64,000 nt of DNA, from positions 36,332,001 through 36,396,000 of the forward strand of contig OX597834.1 in the NCBI GenBank assembly GCA_951406725.2, in the 5' to 3' direction. This DNA comes from Octopus vulgaris. Taxonomy: Eukaryota. Both the position numbers and the translations under genes were made by a program. Below, piece by piece: positions 1 through 13,562 of this stretch (position 1 is its first letter; each line of letters starts with the position of its first letter). The notes under the pieces are model-generated. The model searched no databases, was not told where the DNA came from, and saw only the letters and a program-made list of their open reading frames with translations.

Positions 1-735
1 TAAGAATATGAAACGGTACTTTGGGAAGGATTAGATATTAATTCTGATGGTCGTCTTGGTGGTGAGGGTGAGGGTTATTTATCCCCATATCAGACTATAC
101 CAAGCTGTGATTAACCCATCTATTCAACCTGTGATTAACCCGACTGTTCTGTATACCCAGGACACATCGTCCTCGTGTGTTCTTCATTTTTTATTTGGCT
201 GCTGTTTCTAGCAATTCAGTGCGATTTCGCTGAAGTTCCGTTGTTGGTGAAGTTTTAGTTGTATTCGGTTTAGCCCTAGGTTGAACTCAATGGCCTAACA
301 CATGAGCTAACAACGGGACTTTTTCGTGATCGCACCGGATTATAAAAATTAATTTTCCTTGTGACATACCAACCTTGAACATCTTTTCTTTTCTGGGTTT
401 TTTTTTTTATAACCTACGCACCTTCGCTCACGTACCCTGACATACCCTGACTTACAGTACAAACCGTATGGTCCATTCGAAGTGGATATATTCCAATCGC
501 TCCACTAACCAGTCTATGTCTGTAATCCTGACTTATATACATAGATACATGTATACATATACATGCATATACAAACATATAGGTGCATGCTTCCTAACCG
601 CATGGTTCTGGGTTCAGTTCCACTGCGTGGCACCTGAGGCAAGTGTCTTCTACTATACCTCGGGCCGACTAAAGCCTTGTGAGTAGATTTGGTAGACGTA
701 AACTGAAAGAAGTCCGTTGTGTATATGTATATATA

Positions 736-794
<59 letters not shown>

Positions 795-1035
795 GTGTGT
801 GTGCGTGTGCGTGTGAGTTTGTCCCTTCACCATTGCTTAGCAACCCATGTTTATGTGTTTACGTCACCGTAACTTAGCAGTTCGGCAAAAGAGACCGATA
901 GAACAAGAACTAGGCTTGCAAAGAATAATTCCTGGGGTCGATTTGTTCGACTAAATGCCTTTAAATCGGTGCTGCAGCATGGCCGCAGTCAAATGACTGA
1001 AACAAGTAAAAGAATTAAAGAATATACACACTTTT

Positions 1036-1325
1036 ATAGAGCTCAGCTGTCCTCTTGGTGTGAATATCTCTTTGAAAATCAGATAAACAAAATACTTATG
1101 GAAAACTGCTTCGAAAACTCCAGTTTCTATATCCGGATTACAAGTTTACATTTGTATCAATGATAATTGGTTCATTTGGTTTTGTAAGTAAATGCTTAAC
1201 TGTCAATCTGGATAAGCTTGGATTTTCAGATAAAAGAAATCAGCCAACTGATTCGCACATTACAATTACAATCTGTCAGCGGAACAGTAAAACTCTGTAA
1301 GACTTTCCTCGGGTTTAAATTGTGA
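1036..1325 (+). mobile_element. Non-LTR retrotransposon remnant, C-terminal restriction-like endonuclease region (two frameshifts)
   Basis: Translation across frameshifts: IELSCPLGVNISLKI / DKQNTYGKLLRKLQFLYPDYKFTFVSMIIGSFGFVSKCLTVNLDKLGFSD / KEISQLIRTLQLQSVSGTVKLCKTFLGFKL*. E-x-S-C-P, K...Y..L and IIG..G pattern of RLE-clade LINE C-termini. Confidence 0.7.
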
Positions 1326-1428
1326 CATTGTTTTCGTTATCAACATTCAAATGATGGAGCTTTGTATCTTTGCTAGAAACCAGCTCCTTCTTCAGAGGAA
1401 GGATTTAGATGATTAAAAACAGAAGATG

Positions 1429-1644
1429 CATACATACATACATACATACATACATACATACATACATACATACATACATGCACACACATACATACATACA
1501 TACATATACATACATGCACATACATACATGCATACATACACACACAGATACATACATACATACACACAGATACACATACATAAATACATACATACATACG
1601 CATATGCACGCACACATACAGATACACATACATACATACATACA

Positions 1645-1676
<32 letters not shown>

Positions 1677-1965
1677 CATACATGCACACACATACATACA
1701 TGCATATACATACATGCACACACATACATACATACATACACACACAGATACATACACACACATACATACACACAGATACACACACATACATGAATATACA
1801 CACACAGATACACATACATACATATACACATACATACATACATACATACATACATACATACATGCATACATGCATGCATACACACATACATACATACATA
1901 CATACATACATACATACATACATGCATACATACATACATACATACATACATACATACATACATAC
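1429..1965. repeat. (TACA)n compound microsatellite, representative of dozens of (TA)n, (CA)n, (TACA)n, (TAGA)n, (CCTA)n and (TAA)n tracts
   Basis: Other long tracts include 5780-6320, 6700-6870, 14605-14860, 22470-22660, 28390-28500, 30135-30590, 48540-48810, 51015-51300 and 61480-62260. Confidence 0.97.
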
Positions 1966-2110
1966 AAAAAAGGAGGACATCTATGGACCATTGGTAAGTT
2001 GTTTGCAAATCCCGTACCCAAGATACATTTTTCGCTTCATATCCTTTTTCATTGGAGCAACAGGTTACATACCAACTCGTCTGGAGCAAATTGAGGCTGA
2101 ATTTAGGGAC
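1966..2110 (+). mobile_element. Second, divergent RLE-LINE C-terminal fragment
   Basis: KKEDIYGPLVSCLQIPYPRYIFRFISFFIGATGYIPTRLEQ aligns by eye with the 1082-1200 peptide (YG.L...LQ..YP.Y.F.F....IG..G). Confidence 0.6.
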
Positions 2111-3359
2111 TGGGGGGGGGGGGAGAACGCAAATCCTTAATTCATACACTACAAATGAACGCGAAATGAGGGTCATAAAATCTGCAAGAAGCTCTTAAGA
2201 TTTAAAGGATTAGGAAGGAAACAAGATGTTTTCTTTCATTACGTTGCGACCATGTAGGTGACCGGTCAAAGTTTACTCTGAATTAAAGTGAGAAAGAGAA
2301 CATATAACATACATTTATACGTGTATGTATAGAAATATACGTCATATGTATTTATGTATATACATACATATAAGCATATACACAAACACACGAAACCACA
2401 AACAAGTACACATACACACAGACACGCACAAACACACACATAGATACACACATATATATATACACACACACAAACGTTAATAATAGCAACCAACGGAAGA
2501 CTGATTACTCGATATAGGATATAAAGTATTCATAAGGTATTGGAGTCAGTCAGCTGGAACTTAAAATGGATGGACCCCTGGGGTTGGTCAAGCACGAACA
2601 GTTACGTCATATAGGAATCTTCGGCCAATAATTTACAACTGTTCTCAACTGTCCGTTGTAGATTCATGCATGACTTACCTATTTGTGCCTGATAAAGTCC
2701 AGGGTTCCAGCCAGTTTTCGTTCAAGATGACCGAACCATATAAATTTTATATGTTGTGTGTGGATAAGAAGATCGCTATGTAACCACGATGTTACAGGTT
2801 CAATCTCACTGAGAGAAAGCACGTGGGTTAATGGTTAGGGTATTCGACTCACTATCGTAAGGACGTGAGTTCGATTCCCGGCGCCGCGATGTGTCCTTCA
2901 ATAAGACGCTATTCACATTGTGCCATTCAGCTCAGCTGTAGTACCCTTATTTTAAAGGCCCAGTCTTGTCACACTCTGTGTATCATGCTGAGTCTCCCTG
3001 AGAACCACCAGAAGGGTACGCGTGGCTGTGGAGTACTCAGCCACTCGCACATTAGTTTCATGAGCTGGATGTACCGTTGATCGGATCAACTAAAACCCTC
3101 TTTTTCTTTTCTTAGACTCAGATATGGCTGTGAGATTAAAGAAGCTAGCTTTGTAACCACGCAGTTTCGGGTTCATTCCCACTGTGTGGAACCTTAAGCA
3201 AGTGTCTCACACTATAGTCCCGGGCCGACCAATGCCCTGTGAGGGAATTACGTAAACGGAAACCGTGTGGAAGCCTGTCATATATATGCGCGTGTGTTTT
3301 TTTTTTTTTGATATACCATTATATATATATGGTTCCCCCACATGACTACAGCTTTAGGG

Positions 3360-3443
<84 letters not shown>

Positions 3444-3468
3444 ATATAGATCAATATGGATGTATATA

Positions 3469-4009
3469 CAGGGTGGAGCACAAAGACCGCCCACATTTGA
3501 AGAAGACACCATGTGGACGTAAGTAGACGTAGAGAAACGGGGCAAGTTTCACGTGACAGGCTAAGATCTACCATTTTTGTTTCTCTTATTAATTACTCAA
3601 AAACTTTGAGGGGAGATGTGGGGTTGCCGGCAAGATAACCAGATTTAAGTCCTCGTAACTTTTTCTTTTGTCGGTACCTAGAGGAAAAATCTTCAAATCT
3701 TCAAGAGTTCGAGGACGATGTCCTCGAACTCTTGAAGATTTGAAAGAGAGGATTCGCGAGGAAATCAGCGCAATACCACTTGAGATGACACAGAGAATCA
3801 TGGAGAACTTCCGGGAACGACTGCATCAATGTTTTGCCAACGACGGCCGCCATTTGCCTCATATAGTTTTTAAAACCCAGTAAAATCAACTGTTTTTTAT
3901 GTACTTTTCAGAAACATAATAGATTTTTTGCCTGGATGGTTGTGTTCTCTTTTTTATATTCATTCTGTTTTTATATTCATAATGTGAGAGATCTTCTTGC
4001 CCCACCTTG
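3469..4009 (+). mobile_element. Internally deleted Tc1/mariner-superfamily element
   Basis: TA TSDs; about 29-bp imperfect TIRs CAGGGTGGAGCACAAAGACCGCCCACATT / CAAGGTGGGGCAAGAAGATCTCTCACATT; transposase C-terminus (PAR*PDLSPRNFF...PRTLEDLKERIREEISAIPLEMTQRIMENFRERLHQCFANDGRHL). Confidence 0.88.
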
Positions 4010-4315
4010 TATATATGTATATATATGCGGTAAGAAGCTTGCTTCCCAACCACATGATTCCAGGATCAGTAGAAAGGATATATATATATGTATATCTGTG
4101 TGTGTGTGTCTTTCTGTGTTTGTTCCCCACCACCACTTGATAACCGGTGTTGGTGTGTTTGCACTCCCGTAACTTAGCGGCTCGGCAAAGGAGCCCGATA
4201 GAATAAGTACAAGGTTCGAACAATAAGTACTGGGATCGATTCATTCAACTAAAAATCCAAGACGGTGCCCCAGCATGGCCTCAGTCTAACGACCAAAACA
4301 AGTAAGGCAGACGAT

Positions 4316-5280
4316 AAAATACACCACGAATACACACACAATATTATTCAATTTTCCGCCCCCATTTTTGACCCCTAAATAAAATACACCACAAATACAC
4401 GCACAATATTATTCAATTTTCCCCCCACTTTTTGACCCTAAATAAAATACACCACAAAAACACACACAATATTATTCAATTCCCTCCCCCCCATTTTTGA
4501 CCCCTAAATAAAATACATCACAAATACACACACAATATTATTCAATTTCCTCCCCACCTCACATTTTTTTACCCCTAAATAAAATACACCACAAATACAC
4601 ACACAGTATTATTCAATTTTTTCCCCACACACATTTTTTGACCCCTAAATAAAATACACCACAAATACACACAACATTATTCAATTTTTTCCCCACTTTT
4701 TGACCCCTAAATAAAATACACCACAAATACACACACAATATTATTCAATTCCCCACCCACCATTTTTTAACCCTAAATAAAATACACCACAAATACACAC
4801 ACAATATTATTCAATTTTTGACCCCTAAATAAAATACACCACAAATACACACACAATATTATTCAATTCCCCACCCACCATTTTTTAACCCTAAATAAAA
4901 TACACCACAAATACACACACAATATTATTCAATTCCCCACCCACCATTTTTGAACCCTAAATAAAATACACCACAAATACACACACAATATTATTCAATT
5001 CCCCACCCACCATTTTTTAACCCTAAATAAAATACACCACAAATACACACACAATATTATTCAATTCCCCACCCACCATTTTTGACCCCTAAATAAAATA
5101 AACCACAAATACACACAATATTATTCAATTTTTGACCCCTAAATAAAATACATCACAAATACACACAATATTATTCAATTCCCCACCCCACCCATTTTTG
5201 ACCCCCGAATAAAATACACCACAAATGCACACACACAATATTATTCAATTTTTTCCCCGCTTCATTTTCGACCCCTAAAT
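4316..5280. repeat. Minisatellite, ~15 copies of a 50-70-bp unit
   Basis: Unit AAATAAAATACACCACAAATACAC(AC)AATATTATTCAATT-(C-rich variable)-TTTTTGACCCCT. Confidence 0.95.
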
Positions 5281-5791
5281 CGGGCCAAATCAATAGAAAT
5301 TTTGAGTAAGATTCTGATTGCTATTTCAAACAAACCGATCGAGCGCTTAAACAGAATCTGCTTTCTCTGCTGTAAAACGTTGTTGCAGTTGTTTTTCTTA
5401 GCAGTCACTGCACATGTTTACGAATTAGCATCGCAGCGCTTGCCACGTAAATATGTCTTCCCAGTGCATGAAACCTCGACAAGATTACGTCGTTCATTGT
5501 ACAAGTCTGCTTCCGATCTGCCTCTCATATTAGCTTCCTGTTTTCTTTTCGCTTTCTTTGCACTCTGCGTTCTCTTCTTTTCCTTTTCCTTTTACCTTTT
5601 TTTTAAAAATTTTTTCTCTATGTCTGTTCGTGATTCGGTTTGCACGTCTTGTCTAACTGTCAGTCTCTTTCCTCGAATATCGGAATTTATCTTGTCTGTC
5701 TGTCTGTCTGTCGATACATCTGTCTGTTTCTTTGTCTGTCTGTGTATCTGACTGCCTGACTGTCTACCTGCCTGTCTCCCTCTATCTATCA

Positions 5792-5851
<60 letters not shown>

Positions 5852-6605
5852 GTCTATCTGTCTGTCTGTCTGCCTGTCTGTCTGTCTGTCTGTCTGTCTG
5901 TCTGCCTGCCTGTCTGTCTCTTTGTCTGTCTATCTGTTTGCCTGTCTATTTATATGTCTGTCTATCAATCTAACTATTTCTCTCTCTCTCTTTCTCTTTC
6001 TCCCCCTCCTTTTTTCTTTCTCCCCCTCTATTTCTCTTTCTCCCCCCTCTCTCTCCTCTCTCTCTTTCTCCCCTCTCTCTCTCACTATATATATATATAT
6101 ATATTATATAGCCATCTTTTTATCTATCTTTTTCCTACCTACCTACCTACATACTTACCTGACTACCTACCTACCTACCTACCTACCTACCTACCTACCT
6201 ACCTAACTACCTGCCTGACTACCTACCTATCTACCTACCTACCTACCTACCTGCCTACCTACCTACCTACCTGACTACCTACCTACCTACCTACCTACCT
6301 ACCTACCTACCTACCTAACTATCAATCAATTTACCTATCTGTCTGACTCTTTCTCTCAGTCACTCCGTCAATCATTTATCCTGTCTATCAATACAGTTGT
6401 CACTCTCGTCTCTCTGTCAATCTGTCTGTCTGCTTTTTCCGTGAACCTCTCTCTTTCTGTCTGTCTGTCTGTCTCTACATCTGCCAGCATCTTTGTCTTC
6501 CAATCTGTCTACCTATGCATTTCTTCATCTCCTTGTCTCCCCCAATCTGTCCATACAGCTGAGTGTCTTTTTCTCTCATCCTGTCTCACTCTCTCTGTAT
6601 GTGTA

Positions 6606-6639
<34 letters not shown>

Positions 6640-6697
6640 CATATACATATCCTATCTCTCTGTCTATCTCTCTATTTACGCGCGTGTGCACACGTTT

Positions 6698-6790
<93 letters not shown>

Positions 6791-6957
6791 GTATGTATAT
6801 ATATATATATATATATATGTATATGTATATGTATATGTATATATACACATACACACGTACATACATACACACACACTTCTCTCTTTCACTGTTTCTGTTT
6901 GTACCGTTCTTTCCCACCACCCTTCCCCCTCTCCCTCTTTCTCTCTCACTCTCTCCC

Positions 6958-6991
<34 letters not shown>

Positions 6992-7634
6992 AGTCTCCTC
7001 TAAAAAAGAAAAATTCTGTAAATAATTCATCGGAAATTTCAAATTCTCCATTCTTTTCTTCCAGTCTCTCCGTTGGAACCTTCGTCTTTGCTGCTTTTGG
7101 ATCAAACCCTTATCTGATTGTACAGCACCGTTCCATTATTGATTACAAGATTATGGCGACGAACAGTTCGTGCATAAAAGACAAAACAGAAAACACAAAA
7201 GATAACAGACAAAACACATACACACACACACAAAAAAAAAACAATCCCTGATTCAAATCGAGACCGAAATCCCTTTTTTCTGCCAATACAATGGTGCAAT
7301 ATTATTTCTTCACTTCCTTTAAAAGGGAAATAACGTGTTTTTCTTTCTTCTCAATCTATTTCTTCTTCCCCAACGACATACAATGGAAGAAAAGTCAAAT
7401 TTTATATACAACTTTTATTGAGTAAATTTTAAAACAATTTGCTGCAGTAGCGGTTATGCTGTAAGAAGTTTGCTTCCCAACCACAGGGTTCCGAATTCAA
7501 TCCCAGTGAGCGACACCTCGAGCAAGTGTCTTCTACTATAGCACTGGGTCCTCAAGTACCTTGTGAATGGATTTGTTAGACGAAAACCAAAAGAATCCCA
7601 TCGTATATACTATGAATGTACGACGAGATTCTTT

Positions 7635-7705
<71 letters not shown>

Positions 7706-7799
7706 TATAATCAGCCGAAATTGCGAAGATAATCTGGTACTCGACTGAGGAAAGAAAACCCAGATTGACCTCTCCTTGCTTTCTTTGTGTCCCATTTTG

Positions 7800-7853
<54 letters not shown>

Positions 7854-7915
7854 GCCACAAATGGCGGATTATTAGTAAGGAAAGACACACAAAAAAGAAA
7901 GAAGAAAGCAAAGGA

Positions 7916-7955
7916 CCACTGATGAGGTCACAGAAGTGTGACGAAAGAACTCTGG
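7916..7955 (+). ncRNA. Candidate minimal type-I hammerhead ribozyme
   Basis: CCA-CTGATGA-G-GTCACA(GAAG)TGTGAC-GAA-AGAACT-C-TGG: canonical core, 6-bp stem II, 1-bp stem III, 3-bp stem I. Confidence 0.6.
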
Positions 7956-8158
7956 CTGAAATACGATTAATATAGAATAAAGCTGAAGCAAATGAACACC
8001 AAATATATAGTGCGTGTGTTTTTATTGGCGACGCTGGCAACATGACCATCCCCAAATACAACAATATCTGTTTCAACACACACGAATTCACATCAAGAAT
8101 CTTGCAAAATGAACATATATATATGTGTGTGTGTGTATATGATTATGTATATATATTG

Positions 8159-8224
<66 letters not shown>

Positions 8225-9547
8225 GTGTGTGTGTGTGTGTGTGTATGTATATGAGAAGTTTTAGTATCCAGAAGACCCAAAATGGTAGGTAAGGCTATGT
8301 AAGTGCTACGGAAGGACCGTAGTTAGACTCTCAGTACGAGTGATGGGTCTAATGCGGTCTTTTGTGTGCATGTATATGCTAAATAAAATGAGACAAGGCT
8401 AAGGCAGTGTGAAATTTCTAAGACATTTATAGAAATTTCTCTGCTTTGGCTTTGTCGATTCGTTTATTTAACACACACACACACACACACACCACTTAAC
8501 ACCCGGTTTCGTTTGTTGTTTTTTTACATCAGCGTAACTTAGCGGATCAAAACCTTCCAAAGCAGTGGTGCCTCAAAAACTGAAATAGGTGAAAGATAAA
8601 AGATACTTCGTAAGACTTATATTTTTGCACTATCTGCAGGCGAGTTTCGATTTTAACAAATCTGATCAGTACAACTGTTTGTATCATTTTTACAAAATAA
8701 TTTATGTCTCTTGCGTGATCAGCTTACAATTTTGTCATTCAGAGTCAACACCACGTATAGTTTATTACAAATATTACAATCATAAAAGATGAAAATTTTG
8801 AGTATCAATAAAACTTAAACTTTCTGAATCTAGGTCGTGAAATTCATCAAAACTTTCAAATTATTCACTTCTTCAGTTGAAATCTACGCTCTGCCTTTAC
8901 ATAAAAGATAGCCTTTTATTTCAATCTTTTTTAAGAAGAACAGTGTGCCAAAATAAACACACGCACTGGTTCCATTTCATTTCTTTTATTATTATCAATC
9001 AATTAAATAACATTTAACCAATTAACTAATTGTTTGCGTGATTAATATTTCAGCCAATCAAGTTCGTTCATCCTTAACCCAGGCAAATGTGACTGTGGTA
9101 AGAGCTTGCTTCCTAACCATATGGTTCTGGGTTCAGTTCCACTGTGTGACAGCCTCACCAAGTGTTTTCTACCATAGCATCCAACCGATCAAAGCGCTTT
9201 GGGCGAACTTAATAGACGGATACTGAAAGAAACCTGTCGTATGTATGTGTACGTGCGTGCGTGTGTGGTTGTGTGTGTGTGTGTATGTGTGTGTGTGTGT
9301 GTGTGTTTTTGTGGCTGTCTTGTTAGGAAGCCGTCTTTGCAACCACGTGGCTTCAGGTTCAATCCAACTGCGTGGCACCTGAGGGCACCGAGCTGACCCA
9401 ATGAGATGTGAGCGAATTTTGTTAGCCGAAACAGTGGAAACCCGTCGTACATACAAACACACGCACACACACACACGCACATACATATATATATATATGT
9501 GTGTGTATGTGCGCGCGAATATATATATGTATATATATATACATGAG

Positions 9548-9595
<48 letters not shown>

Positions 9596-9672
9596 CATAT
9601 ATATATGTATGCATATACATGTGTGTGTATATATATGTGCATACATATGCGTGTATGTGTTTGTGCATGTAT

Positions 9673-9703
<31 letters not shown>

Positions 9704-10505
9704 AATATGTATGCATGAACATGTACGTATGTTTGTACTATGTATATGAGTTACTATGTTGTTTACCACCACTACCACCACCACTCAGTGCTCGACAACA
9801 GGTGTTGCTTTGTATATATCCCTGTAACATAGCGGTTCGGTCAAAAGGGGCTGATAGAATAAGTACCAGGCTTTAAAAAAAAATCAGAAGGGGAAAAAAG
9901 CAAAGGCTTTAAGTACTGGCGTCGATTTTTCTTCCCACTAAATTCCTTCAAGTCGGTGCTCTAGCATGGCCGCAGTCCAGTAAGTGGAATAAGTAAAAGA
10001 ATAAAAGATAATTGCCAAGACATAGGTTGGGCAATGACTTAAGAAATATCGATTTCTTTTATTCCACTTTGACACGGGGCCAAAAGTGTGTTCTGTGAAA
10101 CAGCTGCGTGAACAGACCTCTGCTTCCTGGCTACTGATTAAATTATCGATCGCCAGGAAGCCGAAATATTAATTGTACCCCGTCGGGATTTGAACCCACA
10201 ACACAGACGTACGAAGCGCTTAGTTAATTTACGTGAGTTCATCGCCTCCTTTGCCTCGGTGTTATTATTATTCGACGCATCAAGTAGAGGTCTCTGTGTG
10301 GTGGTTGCTAAGCCTCCAAGAAATAGCAGTCAATATTCCACGAACGATATCAATAAAATCCTAGGAAATAAAGCGAAATGCTATCAGAGAAACGAGATGG
10401 TCACGGCTGGAACGTCATTGATTATTTGTCTGCTCGATTACAAATGATTTGATGCTAAACAAAAGCAACGTCTACTATAAATCGCATTTCTATTGGAGAT
10501 ATTAT

Positions 10506-10536
<31 letters not shown>

Positions 10537-11737
10537 CATGTATGTTTGTCTTTGTCTTTACATATGAATGTGAGCGTATGCCTGTACGTTTGTCTTTATG
10601 TGTGTATGTGTGTGCGTGTGTTTGTGTATACACACACACAGTAAAGACATCCTTCGGTCATGGAAGTCCGGGCACAAATCCGGGCAAGGTTTGGGTTAGG
10701 GTTTGCTGAAGACCAGCAATTACCCGTGCATACCAGCCACCCCTCTCCACTCTACCGATGTTATCCAAAGGAAAGGCAAAGGGGCCGATACAGCTTGGCA
10801 CCAGTGACATCGCAATTCATTTCTACAGATGAATGAACTGGAGCAATGTGAAATAGAGTGTCTTGCTCAAGAACACCACACACAGCCCGGACCGGGATTC
10901 AAACTCACAACCTCATGATTGTGAGGCTGAAGCACTGACCACTGAGCCATGCGCCTTCACATATGTATGTATATGATATTCTAGTCATGACGTTGAATTC
11001 TATGCGGTAGCGACAGCTCCAGTCCAGGAATTCTGGAATTGAAGGGAGCATGGAGTCGTCCCTTAATTATCATTACTCCCAGGCCCGTTCCGACCCGGAA
11101 TGATAGTACTTGTCAGAATTACATCTAAGGGCTAAACAGATTTTCCGAAGATTAGTGGAGGCTCCTATTATTTTTGACATAGCTGCAGGGAAGGCAGCTC
11201 TTCTAGGACAAAAGATACAGACACTCTGAATGTAAAACTCGTCACTAAAATAGCGGCAGCCATCTTGCAATGTTTTTGTCACTGGAGACTAATATGGTGA
11301 CGGGGGTAATAACAAAAATGTTGTACGATCTTTTGTCACTTAAATCCAATGACATACAGATGTCTCACTATCAGTTCATATGTGAGATGGCTATCAACTC
11401 TCAAGATGAGCCAATCATCATCATCCTCATCACCATCATATATGTCCAAGAGCCTCGTCCAGTGGTGAGAGTCCAGTTTGGAAATTCTGGAGTTGTGGGG
11501 AACATGGAGTCACCCTTTAATTCCCATCAGTCTGAAGCAAGCCTGTTCTGACCTAGAAAGGTAGTACCTATCAGGTTCTCATCTGTGGGTTTAAATAGAG
11601 TTACCAAGGGTAGAGATGGCTGCAGTTGTGTTTGACAAAGCCAAGAGGAAGGCAATTTTTCTGGGTAAAAGATATTCTGAATGTAAAACTTGTAGTCAAA
11701 ATAACACCAGCCATCTTGCAATGCTTTGTCACAGGAA

Positions 11738-12241
11738 AGCGGCAGGCTGGCAGAAACGTTAGCACGCCGGGCGAAATGCGTAGCCGTATTTCGTCTGCCG
11801 TTACGTTCTGAGTTCAAATTCCGTCGTGGTCGACTTTGCCTTTCATCCTTTCGGGGTCGATAAATTAAGTACCAGTTACGCACTGGAGTCGATGTAATCG
11901 ACTTAATACCTATGTCTCTCCTTGTTTGTCCCCTCTGTGTTTAGCCCCTTGTGGGTAATAAAGAAATAGGTATTTCGTCTGCCGTTACGTTCTGAGTTCA
12001 AATTCCGCCGTGGTCGACTTTGCCTTTTATCATTTCGGGGTCGATAAATTAAGTACCAGTTACGCACTGGGGTCGATATAATCGATTTAATCCGTTTGTC
12101 GGTCCTTGTGTGTCCTCTCTATGTTTAGCCCCTTGTGGGTAGTAAAGAAATAGGTATTTCGTCTGTTTTTACGTTCTGAGTTCAAATTCTGCCGAGGTCG
12201 ACTTTGCCTTTCATCCTTTTGGGGTAGATAGATTAGGTACC
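11738..12241 (+). mobile_element. SINE family B concatemer (~2.5 bodies)
   Basis: Head GGCAGGCTGGCAGAAACGTTAGCACGCCGGGCGAAATG; junctions AAAGAAATA|GGTATTTCGTCTG. Confidence 0.9.
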
Positions 12242-12543
12242 ACTTAGGTGCTATAAACAAGGGATGCAATCGAAAACGTTATAACTTAGTGGGCATGCGC
12301 GACAGAGTTCAAGGTCAATCTATGCTGAGCTGCATCACACTGAATACTTTAGCTTCGTTACCATAGCAACGGTCCCGATACTTTTTGGTCAGACCTCATA
12401 TCAAATTATATTTATCTCACAGTGGATGGAGTACTTTTGTGTATATACATACATACACTCACATACAGACACACACACACACACACACGTATATATATAT
12501 ATATATATAAATATGTGTATATATATGTATATATATGTATGTC

Positions 12544-12545
<2 letters not shown>

Positions 12546-12604
<59 letters not shown>

Positions 12605-12807
12605 TTTTATAAGTTTAAAGCTTATAAGCGATCACCGTGCAATGATTAAAGAAAATAGTTTAATGGGGAATATAATCCCTCGACGGGAAAAGTAGGGTTC
12701 TCGTAACGCGTAGGAGGGCTTAAATGCTCCAGTATTAGGCTCTTTCCTTTAATCATTGCGCGGTGATCGCTTATAAGCTTTAAGCTTATAAGATATTATT
12801 ATTATTA

Positions 12808-12851
<44 letters not shown>

Positions 12852-12852
12852 T
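12546..12852. repeat. Inverted repeat (~55-bp arms) extended by (ATA)n/(TAT)n
   Basis: AAGCTTATAAGCGATCACCGTGCAATGATTAAAG / CTTTAATCATTGCGCGGTGATCGCTTATAAGCTT with an ~85-bp spacer. Confidence 0.88.
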
Positions 12853-13227
12853 ACAGAATTGCAAAACTGGGTACCACTTATCAAATCATCGCAGAAAATG
12901 TATATACATATATACATAGCAGTTTCTTTACTTCGAATCTTCAGAAGAAATAATAAACAAATATCATAAGCAATTACCTTTATAAGGCAAAAATGATTAG
13001 AGACGCTAGAATAGCAAAGAGCAAAGAGCGTAGAAAAGGGGGGGGGGACACAAGGGTCAAAAGGGAAAAGTTCGCTGTAGGTGGTGGTGGTGGAGGAGTA
13101 GGAGGATGAGGAGTGTGGGGGTGGGCAACTGAATAGAGAGTGGAAGGATATCAAACTGCTAATGTTGTAAATAATATAATGTAGAACGGGACCCCAAAAC
13201 TGTCGAATAATTCAAAAACCAGCTGGA

Positions 13228-13323
<96 letters not shown>

Positions 13324-13492
13324 AATAAAAACTTTCTTGGAGAATAAGAAACGACGCGAGGCGTTCAGTCATATATATATACATGTGTGTGTGTGTGTGT
13401 GTACGTACATATATGCATATATATGTATGTATACGTATGTGCATGTGTATATGTATATATGAATACACACTCAAACACACACACATACATAT

Positions 13493-13562
<70 letters not shown>

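Noticed and set aside
1373-2176. Long ORFs of MYVC/HTYI/IYIY type here and throughout the window
   Set aside because: Translations of stop-free microsatellites, open on both strands and in several frames.
2670-2750. Strong minus-strand donor (AG|GTAAGT) suggesting an exon
   Set aside because: No matching acceptor or partner exon; one frame reads IWFGHLERK, more like a decayed LINE RT C-terminus.
4316-5280. CRISPR-like repeat/spacer appearance
   Set aside because: Variable parts are short, related C-rich slippage products; eukaryotic context and no cas genes.
8495-8540. Very degenerate hammerhead-like words (minus strand CTGATG...GAAACCGG); similar at about 50780-50822
   Set aside because: Stem I or stem II cannot be formed; too decayed to support.
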